Assembly: GCA_041742055.1 (NCBI GenBank)
Contig: JBGSJI010000048.1
Coordinates: 6,722-70,721 of the forward strand
Direction of reading: 5' to 3'
Length of the DNA stretch: 64,000 nt
From: Limnoglobus sp.
Lineage (GTDB): Bacteria > Planctomycetota > Planctomycetia > Gemmatales > Gemmataceae
Below are positions 8,847 to 18,700 of this stretch, in pieces. Position 1 is the first letter of the stretch; the number at the start of each line of letters is the position of its first letter. Position numbers and translations under genes: made by a program. The notes beneath the pieces were generated by a model. The model saw only the letters and a program-made list of their open reading frames with translations. It was not told the DNA's origin and did no database searches.

Positions 8847-10400
8847 ATGGCAGCACCGAATTCTACTGCAGATCTTGTTGAACTGATTCGTAAGAGTCAA
8901 TTGGTTGATTCGGATCATCTGGACATGCTTGTAAAGGATCCATCGGCAATCGATCCGGGAACTGTTGTTCGTCAATTACAAGCGGATGGAGCACTCACGG
9001 CATTTCAGGCTGAGCAACTTCTCAAAGGTCGTCACAAAGGATTTGTCCTGGGAAAATATCGCTTGTTGGACAGGATTGGAATGGGCGGGATGGGTCAGGT
9101 TTATCTGGCGGAACACTCGACCATGAAACGTCGTGTGGCAATCAAAGTGCTTCCGCCAGACCGGAGCAAAAATGAATTTGCCCGCGAGAGATTTCAACGA
9201 GAAGCCAAAGCCGCTGCCGCTGTCGAACATCCCAATATCGTACGCGCATTCGATCTTGAAATGGAAGGCGATGTCTCGTTTCTGGTGATGGAGTACATTG
9301 ATGGTGTGACGCTGCACGATCTGATACTCCGCCGTGGCGGGATCGAGAGCGGCCGAGCTGCGCACTTCATAGGACAAATTGCCAGCGGCCTCGAAGCGAT
9401 TCATTCCTATCAATTGGTCCATCGTGACATTAAACCTGCCAATCTACTGCTCGATCGCGCTGGCGTTGTGCGCATTTTAGATCTTGGTCTGGTTCGTTCT
9501 GAACTTGATGACGATGCTCTGACGCGTGGTGAAGGTGCCAAAATGCTGGGGACAGCGGATTATCTTGCACCCGAGCAGGCCATTGAATGTTCCAAAGTGG
9601 ATAGCCGTGCTGATCTCTACAGTTTAGGCTGCACAGCATACTTTTTGCTAACGGGACAGCCTCCGTTTCCCGCGGACAAAGTCTCGCAAAAACTGATCGC
9701 ACACCAGACCAAGGCTCCTCAGCCTATTCAGGAACTTTGCCCTGCAATACCAGAAGGATTTGCACAGATCATTCATCGATTGCTTGCAAAGAAACCGGCA
9801 GATCGCTTTCAGACAGCTAGAGAGTTACTGGATGCCCTGATCCCATTCGTAAACCCCGTTCCTCCAAAGGAGGAGGATTTCCCCACTCCCGGGTCGGCGA
9901 ATTGTGTCCGATCGGGAATCAGTCTCAATGGCTGGGTCAGCATGAATATTGTCGATCGAACTGGATCTCAGTCTTCGCAATCTTCATCGAATGGTTCCGC
10001 GATCCGGTATCACGCAGATACCAATCCCAAAATCCCGGCTGCGGTTGCAGAACAACAAACAAAAGCGAATTCCGCTCAGGAGACATTGCCCATTCGTCCG
10101 GGACTTCCGTTGAGTGTTCCCGCAACACCTGTCCCTGTCGCAAATCAACAGAACAAAGCCAAAGGATCGCATGACGCGCAAGTCGTGGAACTCACTTTGG
10201 CAACTCAAGCTCATGAAGAACAATCCCAGCCAGCGAATCAACGCGGTCTGAGCACGGCTTTCAAGGCTGACCGATTGTTCCGCGATCCGTATCGTAAAGA
10301 TTTCGAGGGACAAAAAGGACTGATGAATGGCTGGAAATTGGTTGTAATTACAGCTCTGATCACGTTCGTCCTTCTCGTCGTTCTCTCGAGAATTATTTGA
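8847..10400 (+). CDS. Ser/Thr protein kinase (Hanks type) with low-complexity linker and C-terminal TM anchor
   Basis: GMGGMGQVYLAEH...VAIKVL, HRDIKPANLLL, DLG and GTADYLAPEQ. C-terminal TM helix WKLVVITALITFVLLVVL. The first ATG at 8847 is preferred over the TTG at 8775 in the track. Confidence 0.93.
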   Translation: MAAPNSTADLVELIRKSQLVDSDHLDMLVKDPSAIDPGTVVRQLQADGALTAFQAEQLLKGRHKGFVLGKYRLLDRIGMGGMGQVYLAEHSTMKRRVAIKVLPPDRSKNEFARERFQREAKAAAAVEHPNIVRAFDLEMEGDVSFLVMEYIDGVTLHDLILRRGGIESGRAAHFIGQIASGLEAIHSYQLVHRDIKPANLLLDRAGVVRILDLGLVRSELDDDALTRGEGAKMLGTADYLAPEQAIECSKVDSRADLYSLGCTAYFLLTGQPPFPADKVSQKLIAHQTKAPQPIQELCPAIPEGFAQIIHRLLAKKPADRFQTARELLDALIPFVNPVPPKEEDFPTPGSANCVRSGISLNGWVSMNIVDRTGSQSSQSSSNGSAIRYHADTNPKIPAAVAEQQTKANSAQETLPIRPGLPLSVPATPVPVANQQNKAKGSHDAQVVELTLATQAHEEQSQPANQRGLSTAFKADRLFRDPYRKDFEGQKGLMNGWKLVVITALITFVLLVVLSRII

Positions 10401-10448
10401 CCTCCTCCATGGCTTGACCGTCGTCTCGCACATTCCGAAAATCAGAGA

Positions 10449-11663
10449 ATGAAGGATATACATTCGAATGAGTTCAGGCCGACTCGGTGGCCCTGGCTTC
10501 AATCTGCAACAGAAGCCAATCACTTTTGGCTCTTCGATCCCCGACGGATTGCAGGGCCACCAGTACCGCTTTCACTCCCAGAACTAGCCGCAGTTAACCT
10601 GAGCGATGGCAAGCACACGATCGTTGAAATCCATTCTTTGATTTCAATTCGATTTGGTCGGTACTGTCCGACATTGAATGCCTTGGTTGAATTGTTTGGT
10701 AAACTTGATCAAGGCCATTTTTTCAACAGCTTGACGTTTCGCGACTACGTCAACGGTCCGCTCCGTCGTCCGTCTTGCATCGGTTGTTATCCAGAAGAAC
10801 CAGAGGCGATTCATAAGAGCATGGATGAACTCTTTACAGGATCCGATGGACCGGGGTTGCCGGACAAAAAACTGTCGAACAGTTCTCACATACGTGGGAT
10901 TATTACGCCACATATCGACTACGCTCGCGGGGGTGTCACATATGGCCATGCATTCAAGCCGCTTGCGGAGCAAACCGATGCGAATCTCTTCGTGATCATT
11001 GGCACATCGCACTATTCATCGTCCCGTTTCACTCTGTCACGAATGAATTTTGAGACTCCTCTGGGAGTTGTCGAAACGGATCAAGTCTACATCGATCGAC
11101 TAGTCGAGTACTACGGAACCGGTTTATTCGATGATCCTCTTGCGCATCTTCCTGAGCATTCGATCGAGTTGGAAGTCGTAATACTTCAGCATCTGTTTGC
11201 CGATCGTCAGTTTCGAATCGTTCCACTTCTGGTCGGTTCGTTTGTCGATTGTATATCTTCACACATTTATCCGAAACATGTTGATGAGATAGCACGGATG
11301 ATCGCAGCTCTTCAACAAGCGGAACATGATGCCGGAGAAACGATCTGCTACATCATCAGCGGAGACCTTGCACACATTGGCCCGAAATTTGGTGATGAAT
11401 CAATACTCGATGCGAATACCTTGAAGTTCAGTCGTGATCGTGACAAGTTGCTGCTTCAAGCAATTGAAACTGCAAGCCCTGACTTGTATTTCCAGGCAAT
11501 TCAACAGGAACAAGATGTCCGGCGTGTGTGCGGTTTCCCGCCAGCTTATCTTGCCATGTCCACGCTACGGCCTTCCTCAGGTCAGGTACTTCATTATCAG
11601 CAATACGCTGATGAACAGGGTCATGAAAGCGTGAGTTTCGCTGCTGCGGCTTTTTATGATTAG
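10449..11663 (+). CDS. MEMO1 / AmmeMemoRadiSam system protein B (AmrB)-like protein with an N-terminal extension of about 120 aa
   Basis: The core (from about residue 145) has IITPHIDYARGG, IIGTSH and ISGDLAHIGPKFGD, which are MEMO family metal and active-site blocks. The N-terminal stretch LSLPELAAVNLSDGKHTIVEIHSLISIRFG...LVELFGKLDQGHFF has a PqqD-like pattern. Confidence 0.8.
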   Translation: MKDIHSNEFRPTRWPWLQSATEANHFWLFDPRRIAGPPVPLSLPELAAVNLSDGKHTIVEIHSLISIRFGRYCPTLNALVELFGKLDQGHFFNSLTFRDYVNGPLRRPSCIGCYPEEPEAIHKSMDELFTGSDGPGLPDKKLSNSSHIRGIITPHIDYARGGVTYGHAFKPLAEQTDANLFVIIGTSHYSSSRFTLSRMNFETPLGVVETDQVYIDRLVEYYGTGLFDDPLAHLPEHSIELEVVILQHLFADRQFRIVPLLVGSFVDCISSHIYPKHVDEIARMIAALQQAEHDAGETICYIISGDLAHIGPKFGDESILDANTLKFSRDRDKLLLQAIETASPDLYFQAIQQEQDVRRVCGFPPAYLAMSTLRPSSGQVLHYQQYADEQGHESVSFAAAAFYD

Positions 11664-11726
11664 ATTCCGTTGGATTTCAAAGGATTACAACTTACACAGA
11701 CGGCTTGCAATTGTCAACGCTCACCG

Positions 11727-13634
11727 TCACTCTGTTCCCTGGAAGAAGACTACTGCGAGCGGAGGTATTCGTAAATTAATCGAATATGGCTGATTATGCT
11801 GAGGCAGATACTCGGCATGGACTCCGCCATCATTTCCGACATTTGATCCGCCGTAAAAACTGGCATCGGTGTTCAGTAATTCCTTCCAGTACCCCGGACA
11901 TGGTACACCTACTCGATAGTCGATTCGCGGCGTCGGTGTCATGTTCGCCACAATGACTATCCGTTCATTCGTTGTTTTCCCTTTGCGAAGGTAGCTGAAG
12001 ACACTGGCATCAGAATCGGAACAATCAATCCACTCAAAGCCGCCGGGCTGATTATCCAGTTCATGCAATGAGGGATGCGATCGATACAACCGATTGAGAT
12101 CACTGATGAGTTGAAGAATTCCCCCATGAAGCGGGTGCTCAAGAAGATGCCAGTCTACGCTGGAATCATGTCGCCACTCGGCCCGCTGTGCAATCTCTCC
12201 GCCCATGAAGAGCAGTTTCTTGCCCGTCATTGACCATTGAAAGGCATAGAGAGATCGCAAGCCGGCGAACTTCTGCCATTCATCGCCGGCCATCTTGTCC
12301 CAAAGTGCTCCTTTACCGTGGACCACCTCATCGTGAGAAAGCGGCAAAACAAAATTCTCGTGATAAGCGTAGAGCATACGGAACGTGAGGTCGTTCTGAT
12401 GATACTTGCGATGGATCGGATCCTTGGCAAAGTATTTCAGGGTATCATGCATCCACCCCATGTCCCACTTGTAACCAAAGCCCAGTCCACCCAGATACGT
12501 TGGCCGTGAGACCATTCCCCAACTGGTCGATTCCTCTGCGTAAGTCTGGACATCGGGAAATTTTTCGTAAACCGTTTGATTGAATCGCCGGAGGAATTCA
12601 ATCGCTTCGATGTTTTCCTTTCCGCCATACTTGTTTGGAATCCATTCGCCTTCTTTACGGGAATAATCGAGATACAGCATGCTAGCAACAGCATCGACTC
12701 TCAACCCATCAATGTGATACTTATCCAACCAGAACATCGCCGAGGACAGAAGAAAACTTCGGACTTCGTGGCGACCGTAGTTGAAGATGTAACTGCCCCA
12801 ATCCGGGTGATAGCCTTGCTTGGGTTCTGAGTGTTCGTACAAGTGGGTGCCATCGAAATAACACAACCCATGGCCGTCCGTTGCAAAGTGCGATGGCACC
12901 CAATCGAGGATCACTCCGATGTCGTTCTGATGAAGTTGGTCAATCAGATACATCAGATCCTGCGGAGTACCAAATCGACTGCTGGCCGCGAAATAACCTG
13001 TCGTCTGATAGCCCCAGGAACCAAAGAACGGGTGTTCCGTGATGGGCATCAATTCCACATGTGTAAACCCGCATTTTTTGACATGTTCGACCAGCTTCGG
13101 TGCCATCTCACGATAGCTCAGTGAGAAATACGGCGCTGCGTCAGAACGCATCCAGGACCCGATATGGAGTTCGTAAATGCTGACGGGCGCATCTTGTGTT
13201 TGCTTGCTTTTGCGATGCTTCATGTAGGAAGCATCATTCCACTGGTAATCCAGATCCCAGATTACGCTGGCGGACTTAGGTGCAATCTCCGCCGCAAAGC
13301 CATACGGATCCGCTTTGTCAACGCTGAAGCCATCATGCGGTGTCGCAATGTGATACTTGTAGCACTGCCCATTGCGTGAACCTGGTACGAATCCGCACCA
13401 AATGCCCGAATTTCCCTGCGCAGAAAGCGGGTTGCTACCTTGATCCCAGTTGTTGAAATCCCCCACAACCGAGACATACCGCGCTGACGGAGCCCACACC
13501 GCAAAGTGCGTTCCGCTCACGCCATCGCGGGTCACGGCATGTGCACCGAACTTTTCATATCCGTTGAGGTAGTTCCCCTCATTGAACAGGAAAAGATCAA
13601 GTTCGCCGAACCAAGGTTTTTGAGTGCTGATCAT
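11727..13634 (-). CDS. glgB: 1,4-alpha-glucan branching enzyme (short form, CBM48 + GH13 catalytic + C-terminal domain)
   Basis: THFAVWAPSARYVSVVGDFNNW (CBM48). GH13 blocks VILDWVPSHF, GLRVDAVASMLY, YAEESTSW and LPLSHDEV. Start moved to the internal ATG at 13634 (MISTQKPWFGELDLFLF), which matches the usual GlgB N-terminus. The 48 codons upstream of it have no homology signal. Confidence 0.93.
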   Translation of the reverse strand: MISTQKPWFGELDLFLFNEGNYLNGYEKFGAHAVTRDGVSGTHFAVWAPSARYVSVVGDFNNWDQGSNPLSAQGNSGIWCGFVPGSRNGQCYKYHIATPHDGFSVDKADPYGFAAEIAPKSASVIWDLDYQWNDASYMKHRKSKQTQDAPVSIYELHIGSWMRSDAAPYFSLSYREMAPKLVEHVKKCGFTHVELMPITEHPFFGSWGYQTTGYFAASSRFGTPQDLMYLIDQLHQNDIGVILDWVPSHFATDGHGLCYFDGTHLYEHSEPKQGYHPDWGSYIFNYGRHEVRSFLLSSAMFWLDKYHIDGLRVDAVASMLYLDYSRKEGEWIPNKYGGKENIEAIEFLRRFNQTVYEKFPDVQTYAEESTSWGMVSRPTYLGGLGFGYKWDMGWMHDTLKYFAKDPIHRKYHQNDLTFRMLYAYHENFVLPLSHDEVVHGKGALWDKMAGDEWQKFAGLRSLYAFQWSMTGKKLLFMGGEIAQRAEWRHDSSVDWHLLEHPLHGGILQLISDLNRLYRSHPSLHELDNQPGGFEWIDCSDSDASVFSYLRKGKTTNERIVIVANMTPTPRIDYRVGVPCPGYWKELLNTDASFYGGSNVGNDGGVHAEYLPQHNQPYSINLRIPPLAVVFFQGTE

Positions 13635-13889
13635 AAGAATTACAGTATTCTTGAACGCAATAAAACCAACGGTTCGGATGATCAGAATTCTTACGGGAAG
13701 CGCATCTTGGAACTCATTTTCCATTCGGGGCATGACAGAATACGGTCTCATCTCCATCACGATATTACGAATTGTCAAAATCGTAATACGCCTCCGCCTC
13801 CGTCCTGCGCAGGCTCGTGGCGGAATCCTCCTGACAGGACCGATGAACTCAGAAATTCCTTTTTTGTGTAAAAATGTTCAGTTGATAGA

Positions 13890-14016
13890 AAATGTTCATT
13901 TTCCAGAGCAATTTCACATTCGCTGCCAATCTGGCAGGCGAGTTCGCCAACTTCGCCAACTCAAACACACACCTCTTGGCGAAGAGACACTTGACGTCCC
14001 GGTATAATGAACATTT
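13890..14016 (+). repeat. R1 MITE-like element, copy A (127 bp, two 9-nt units)
   Basis: Perfect 10-bp terminal inverted repeat AAATGTTCAT (13890-13899) / ATGAACATTT (14007-14016). Internal hairpins CTGCCA-ATC-TGGCAG and CTTCGCCAA-N16-TTGGCGAAG. The sequence is homologous to 54671-54824. Confidence 0.7.
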
Positions 14017-14168
14017 GTATCAAATCGGCAGTCGGCATCCTCGCTCGGCGAAGGTCTCCACCGCAACCTTCGCGGGTCTCCTGACGTCTCCTCACCCTGA
14101 CGTAAGAACGGAACAGGATCAGAATTTCTATCTCAATCGAGTGGATCGATCCATGTTCATGGGGAATT

Positions 14169-15146
14169 TCAATCCAAATTGTTGACGATTTCACCCCGGT
14201 TGTACGTCAGGATTTTCAGGAGGTTGTCAAGTGATATCGTGGCCTTCAAAAACCGGACCGATCCATCGCCCATCGCTGCCATCGCTCCGCCTGTGTGGAA
14301 TGAGTAAATCTCTTTGGAGTTTACGCAATTGATCGCGCACGGTCCTGTGGTCGAACCGGGATTCGCGATGGCAACTCCGGGCGTATAGGTTGAGGGATCG
14401 AATCCCCCGATGTTGATCCGGGCGTCGGGATTGGCCCACGGCCCGGCGGACCAAGTCTGGCTGTTGTCTTCGCGACCCATCACGTACCGCAGGTTCCGTC
14501 CTGCGCACTCCGCAAGCATCATCGTGTTGGATGTTCCGTCCAGAATGTTCACAAGCGTTCGCCGGCTTTTGTCTTCAACGCCGTTCGTGACTTTGTCATG
14601 GGGAAGCATGCCGATGTAATAGGGATCGGCTTGACTGACGAACTGCGCCTGACCATTGGTTCCGGTTGAAACGTAGGCATTGGGCCATGTGCGTTCGGTC
14701 GTGGCGGCGTAGTCGGTGACTCCGCGATTGGCATGCCGACCGGAAGAGGGAGCCGAAGGGCACAGGAATGTGGAGATCGTATTTCGAATCGGTCCACCGG
14801 CGGCGGTGTTCGCACCTTCATCCCAGTTCAAATTGAAATTGTACTGTTTGAAAATGTTTTCCTGTTCAATGTACGGCAGGGTCCGGATGGTCCAAGAATG
14901 GACTTTGTTCGCGGTTCCCACCCGCAGGACTTCCCGCGATGCCGGGAGCCGATTGTTGACGTCGTGATAATTGTGGACCGCGAGCGCCAGCTGCTTCAGA
15001 TTGTTGCTGCATTTCATGCGGGCGGCGGCTTCGCGTACTTTTTGAACAGCGGGAAGCAGCAATCCAATAAGGATCGCGATGATCGCAATGACCACCAGAA
15101 GTTCGATCAGGGTAAACCCCGAACGTAAACGAGAAAAACGAGACAT
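14169..15146 (-). CDS. DUF1559 protein with prepilin-type N-terminal cleavage/methylation domain
   Basis: N-terminus [53 protein letters not shown] is the canonical planctomycete DUF1559 signature. A C-terminal H-X9-DG-type motif is present ([15 protein letters not shown]). Confidence 0.92.
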   Translation of the reverse strand: MSRFSRLRSGFTLIELLVVIAIIAILIGLLLPAVQKVREAAARMKCSNNLKQLALAVHNYHDVNNRLPASREVLRVGTANKVHSWTIRTLPYIEQENIFKQYNFNLNWDEGANTAAGGPIRNTISTFLCPSAPSSGRHANRGVTDYAATTERTWPNAYVSTGTNGQAQFVSQADPYYIGMLPHDKVTNGVEDKSRRTLVNILDGTSNTMMLAECAGRNLRYVMGREDNSQTWSAGPWANPDARINIGGFDPSTYTPGVAIANPGSTTGPCAINCVNSKEIYSFHTGGAMAAMGDGSVRFLKATISLDNLLKILTYNRGEIVNNLD

Positions 15147-15181
15147 GAAACACCCTTGAAAAATGAAATGAAAAAAAAAAC

Positions 15182-15622
15182 TTACTTCGCTTTTTGTGTC
15201 AATCGGAACGGTTCGAGTTTGTTGGTCTCAGGTCTGATGGTGACTTGCAAACCGGACTGAGCGGGATCAGAATAACGCACAGGTAATCGGTTGCGTGCGG
15301 GTTGTCCTTCCGCCTTTCCATCTTCGAGCCATGTCGCGATTACTATGTAATCGCCTTCGGGAGCACCTGCTCCATGCGGATAAGTATTGAGCGTAAACGT
15401 GCCATCAGGTTGAACGGTTGCTCCCGGTTTGGGCGTGTCTCCCGAGCCGCCTTTGAGATGAAAAACAACCGTCGCGCCGGAAGCCGGTTGATCTTCAAAA
15501 AAGATCTGGCCTGTTACGGGAAACAGTTTGGGTCCTTTGGACTGGCATGACGTCAAAAGGAAACTCATCACGATCGCGCAGCTGAGTTTCCAGGAGCGCA
15601 TTCCGCGAATAAACGAGTGCAT
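15182..15622 (-). CDS. Small lipoprotein (carboxypeptidase-regulatory/transthyretin-like fold), the usual partner of DUF1559 genes
   Basis: Lipobox [25 protein letters not shown] beta-sandwich pattern. Lies 35 nt upstream of the DUF1559 gene on the same strand. Confidence 0.6.
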   Translation of the reverse strand: MHSFIRGMRSWKLSCAIVMSFLLTSCQSKGPKLFPVTGQIFFEDQPASGATVVFHLKGGSGDTPKPGATVQPDGTFTLNTYPHGAGAPEGDYIVIATWLEDGKAEGQPARNRLPVRYSDPAQSGLQVTIRPETNKLEPFRLTQKAK

Positions 15623-15789
15623 AGAAATCCAAGAAGGGAGAGAAAGACAAAAGCTAATCTAAGCGTTTTTGTCTTCGCTGCTGATTATGAGCTTTCCATT
15701 AGTGACAGTCAAGAAAAATCCGATTGGCTATTTAATTAGGTTTCCTGACATATAAATAATGGACTACCGATCCCTTCAGAGGCTGACTT

Positions 15790-18700
15790 ATGAAGAACCT
15801 CTCTCTTCTGCTTCTGCTCGTTGTGACTCATTGTGCCGTTGCCGCACCGCAACCCGAGTCACTCCAGGTTTTATTTCTCGGTGACAATGCGGGTCACCAG
15901 CCGAAATCCCGCTTCCGCTTGCTCCAACCCGAGCTTGCCAAAAGAAACATCGTTCTGACCTACACGGATGAAGTCTCAGATCTGAATCCGGAAACGCTGA
16001 ACAAGTACGATGGTCTGATGATTTACGCCAATCACACGGAATGGAAGCCGGAGAACGAAAAAGCGTTGCTTGAATATGTCGCATCCGGCCGCGGATTTAT
16101 TCCGCTTCACTGTGCGAGTTACTGCTTCATTCGCAGCCAACCCTACATCGATCTCGTCGGTGCTCAATTCCGCAGCCACACGACCGGTGTTTTCCGTGCG
16201 AAAACCACGGCTCCAGACCATCCCATCATGAAAGGTCTGGAATCGTTCGCATCGTGGGATGAGACCTATCTCCACACGAAACACAATTCGAAAGACCGCA
16301 CGGTTCTGGAAGTTCGAGTTGATGGTGCGATTGAAGAACCCTGGACCTGGGTGCGGACTCACGGCAAGGGTCGCGTTTTCTATACCGCCTGGGGTCACGA
16401 TGCACGGACCTGGACGCACCCGGGTTTCATCACGCTCGTTGAGCGTGGAACCCGCTGGGCCTGCGACAAGGGATTAAACGATGCGTCGGTTTATGTTGAT
16501 CGGCCGAAGATGACGGAGTTCGCGAAGGACGCGAAGCCGTTCGAGTTCGTGGAAGCGACGCTGCCGTACTACCCGGCCGGCGAACGGTGGGGCACGCTTC
16601 GCGAGCCGATCAAGAAGATGCAGAAACCGCTCTCGGCCGAAGAGTCGATCAAGCACTACGTCACACCGGTCGACTTCGAGATGAAGCCATTCGTCACGGA
16701 AGAGAAACTCGGTGGCGGCAAGCCGATCTGCATGACCTGGGACGAACGCGGCCGGCTCTGGCTCGCTCTCAGCTACGACTACCCCAATGAACTGCAAAAG
16801 GACGGCGAGGGCCGCGACAAGATCGTCGTCTGCGAAGATGCCGATGGTGATGGCGTTTGCGACACCATCACCACATTCGCCGAGAAGCTCAGCATTCCCA
16901 CGAGCATCCTCAACGTTCACGGCGGTCTGCTCGTTCTCTCCGCCCCGCACACGCTCTTCTTGAAAGACACCGATGGCGACGGCAAGGCCGACGTCCGTAA
17001 AGCCCTCTTCACCGGTTGGGGCACCCGCGACACGCATGCCGGACCGAGCAACCTCCGCTACGGTTTCGACAACTGGATCTACGGCATGTGCGGTTACAGC
17101 GGATTCGTCGGCACCGTCGGCACCGAGTCCGTTCGATTCGGGCAAGGCCTCTTCCGCTTCAAGCTCGAAAAGGATCTCAAGGTCTCGAAACTCGAATTCC
17201 TCCGGAGTACGAACAACAATAGTTGGGGTGTCGCCTTCAACGAAAACGGCGAACTCTTCGGCAGCACCGCCAACGGTTGCCCGCTCGTCCACCTCACGAT
17301 CCCGAACCGCTACTTCGAAAAGGTCCGCGGTCTGACGCCGAGCGCATTGCCGAATATCGTCTTCGATAATCACGTCGAACCGGTTGTGAAAGAATATCGG
17401 CAAGTGGACTGGCACGGCGGCTTCACCGCCGGTGCGGGCTGCGAAATCTACACCGCACGCACCTATCCCGAAGAGTACTGGAACAAAGTCGCATTTGTCA
17501 GCGAGCCGACCGCGCACCTGACCGCGGCGCTGGTGCTTCACCCGAACGGCAGCAGTTACACCGCCCGATACGGATGGAATCTCGTGGCGTCGCGTGATGA
17601 CTGGGCGGCGCCGATCGATGCCCGTGTCGGACCGGACGGGCATATGTGGGTGATGGACTGGTACAACATCATCGTGCAGCACAACCCGACTCCTCAGGGC
17701 TACCGCACTGGCAAGGGGAACGCGTACGAGATTCCGTATCGCGACAAGAAGTTCGGCCGCGTCTACCGCGTCGTTTACACGAAGGCGAAGCCGGAACCGC
17801 GGACGAACCTGAAGGACGCCGACGAAGCGAAGCTGCTCGACACGCTCAGGAACCATCACAACCTCGCCTGGCGGTTGCACGCCCAACGGTTGCTCGTCGA
17901 GAAGGGCAAGACTGTCGAGAACCTGAAAGTGATGGACGGCAAAGTGGCCGTCGATGCCGCGCGGGTGAAGAGCAATTCGCTGCCCGAGCGGCTGCAAGCC
18001 TTCCTGCGGATCGCGGATGAACCGTCGTCGGCCGAATACGGGAAGATCCTTTCGACCTGCCTCGCGGACGCCACGACCTACGGCGATCAAGCCCTGACGC
18101 AGGCGTTCACCATCGCGGCGTCCGTCCACGACGTCCACTTCCTCGCGGCCGTCACGGCCAAGCCCGCGCTCGGCCGGCAGGATTTGCAGATCGTCGAGTT
18201 CGTCGCGAAGCACTACGCCTCGACTTCGAAGGGCAAGGGGCTGAGCGAGTTGCTCGTCGCATTGGATTCGGCCGCGTCGAATGAAGTCGCCGGCGCCATC
18301 GTCGACGGGATTTCGAGCGGCTCGGGCGGTAAGTCCGATACGCAACTGACACCGGAAGCGCAGAAGGCTTTCGGCAACCTGCTCGGCAAAGTTTCGGCCA
18401 CGTCGCGTGGGCGCCTGCTGCGGTTGTCCGCCGCGTGGGGCGTGAAGGGCCTCGACGCGCAGTTCGCCGAGCTGACGAAGGGCCTATTCGTCACGCTCGC
18501 CGACGACTCGTTCAGCGATACTCGTCGGCTCGAAGCGGTCCGGCAGATCGTCGAATTCCAACCCGACAGCGACGAGGCCGCCGCAAAGATCGTCGCGGCC
18601 GTGAACGCGAAGTCGAGCGCGACCTTCTCGGCCGGCGTCTTCGAGGCGCTCGCGAACAGCAAGGCCAAGTCCGCCGGCGCCGCCGTCGTCGCCAAGATCA

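Noticed and set aside
13991-14008. TTGACG ... TATAAT inside both R1 copies, considered as a sigma70 promoter.
   Set aside because: The two hexamers are only 6 nt apart in both copies, far from the 16-18 nt needed. The alternative TTGGCG would give a 21-nt spacer.
13892-14185. Two similar small ORFs inside the R1 copies (13892..14185 and 54673..54927), containing an in-frame FAN repeat (MF.F.S.F..AA.LAGEFANFAN...SNTH.LAKRHLTSRYN).
   Set aside because: Differences between the copies are mostly non-synonymous. Similarity ends where the nucleotide repeat ends. No SD sequence precedes either ATG. The conservation is better explained at the DNA/RNA level (hairpins and terminal repeats).
16474-18345. 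A 623-aa minus-strand ORF, and many other long ORFs overlapping the ThuA/dehydrogenase gene, the 188-aa gene and eno (for example 18484..19794, 18435..19553, 20043..20699, 20506..21459, 21272..21799).
   Set aside because: They are Arg/Gly/Ala/Pro-rich low-complexity translations with no motifs. They lie out of frame or antisense to genes with unmistakable homology. They are the shadow ORFs expected in DNA of about 65 percent GC, where stop codons are rare.
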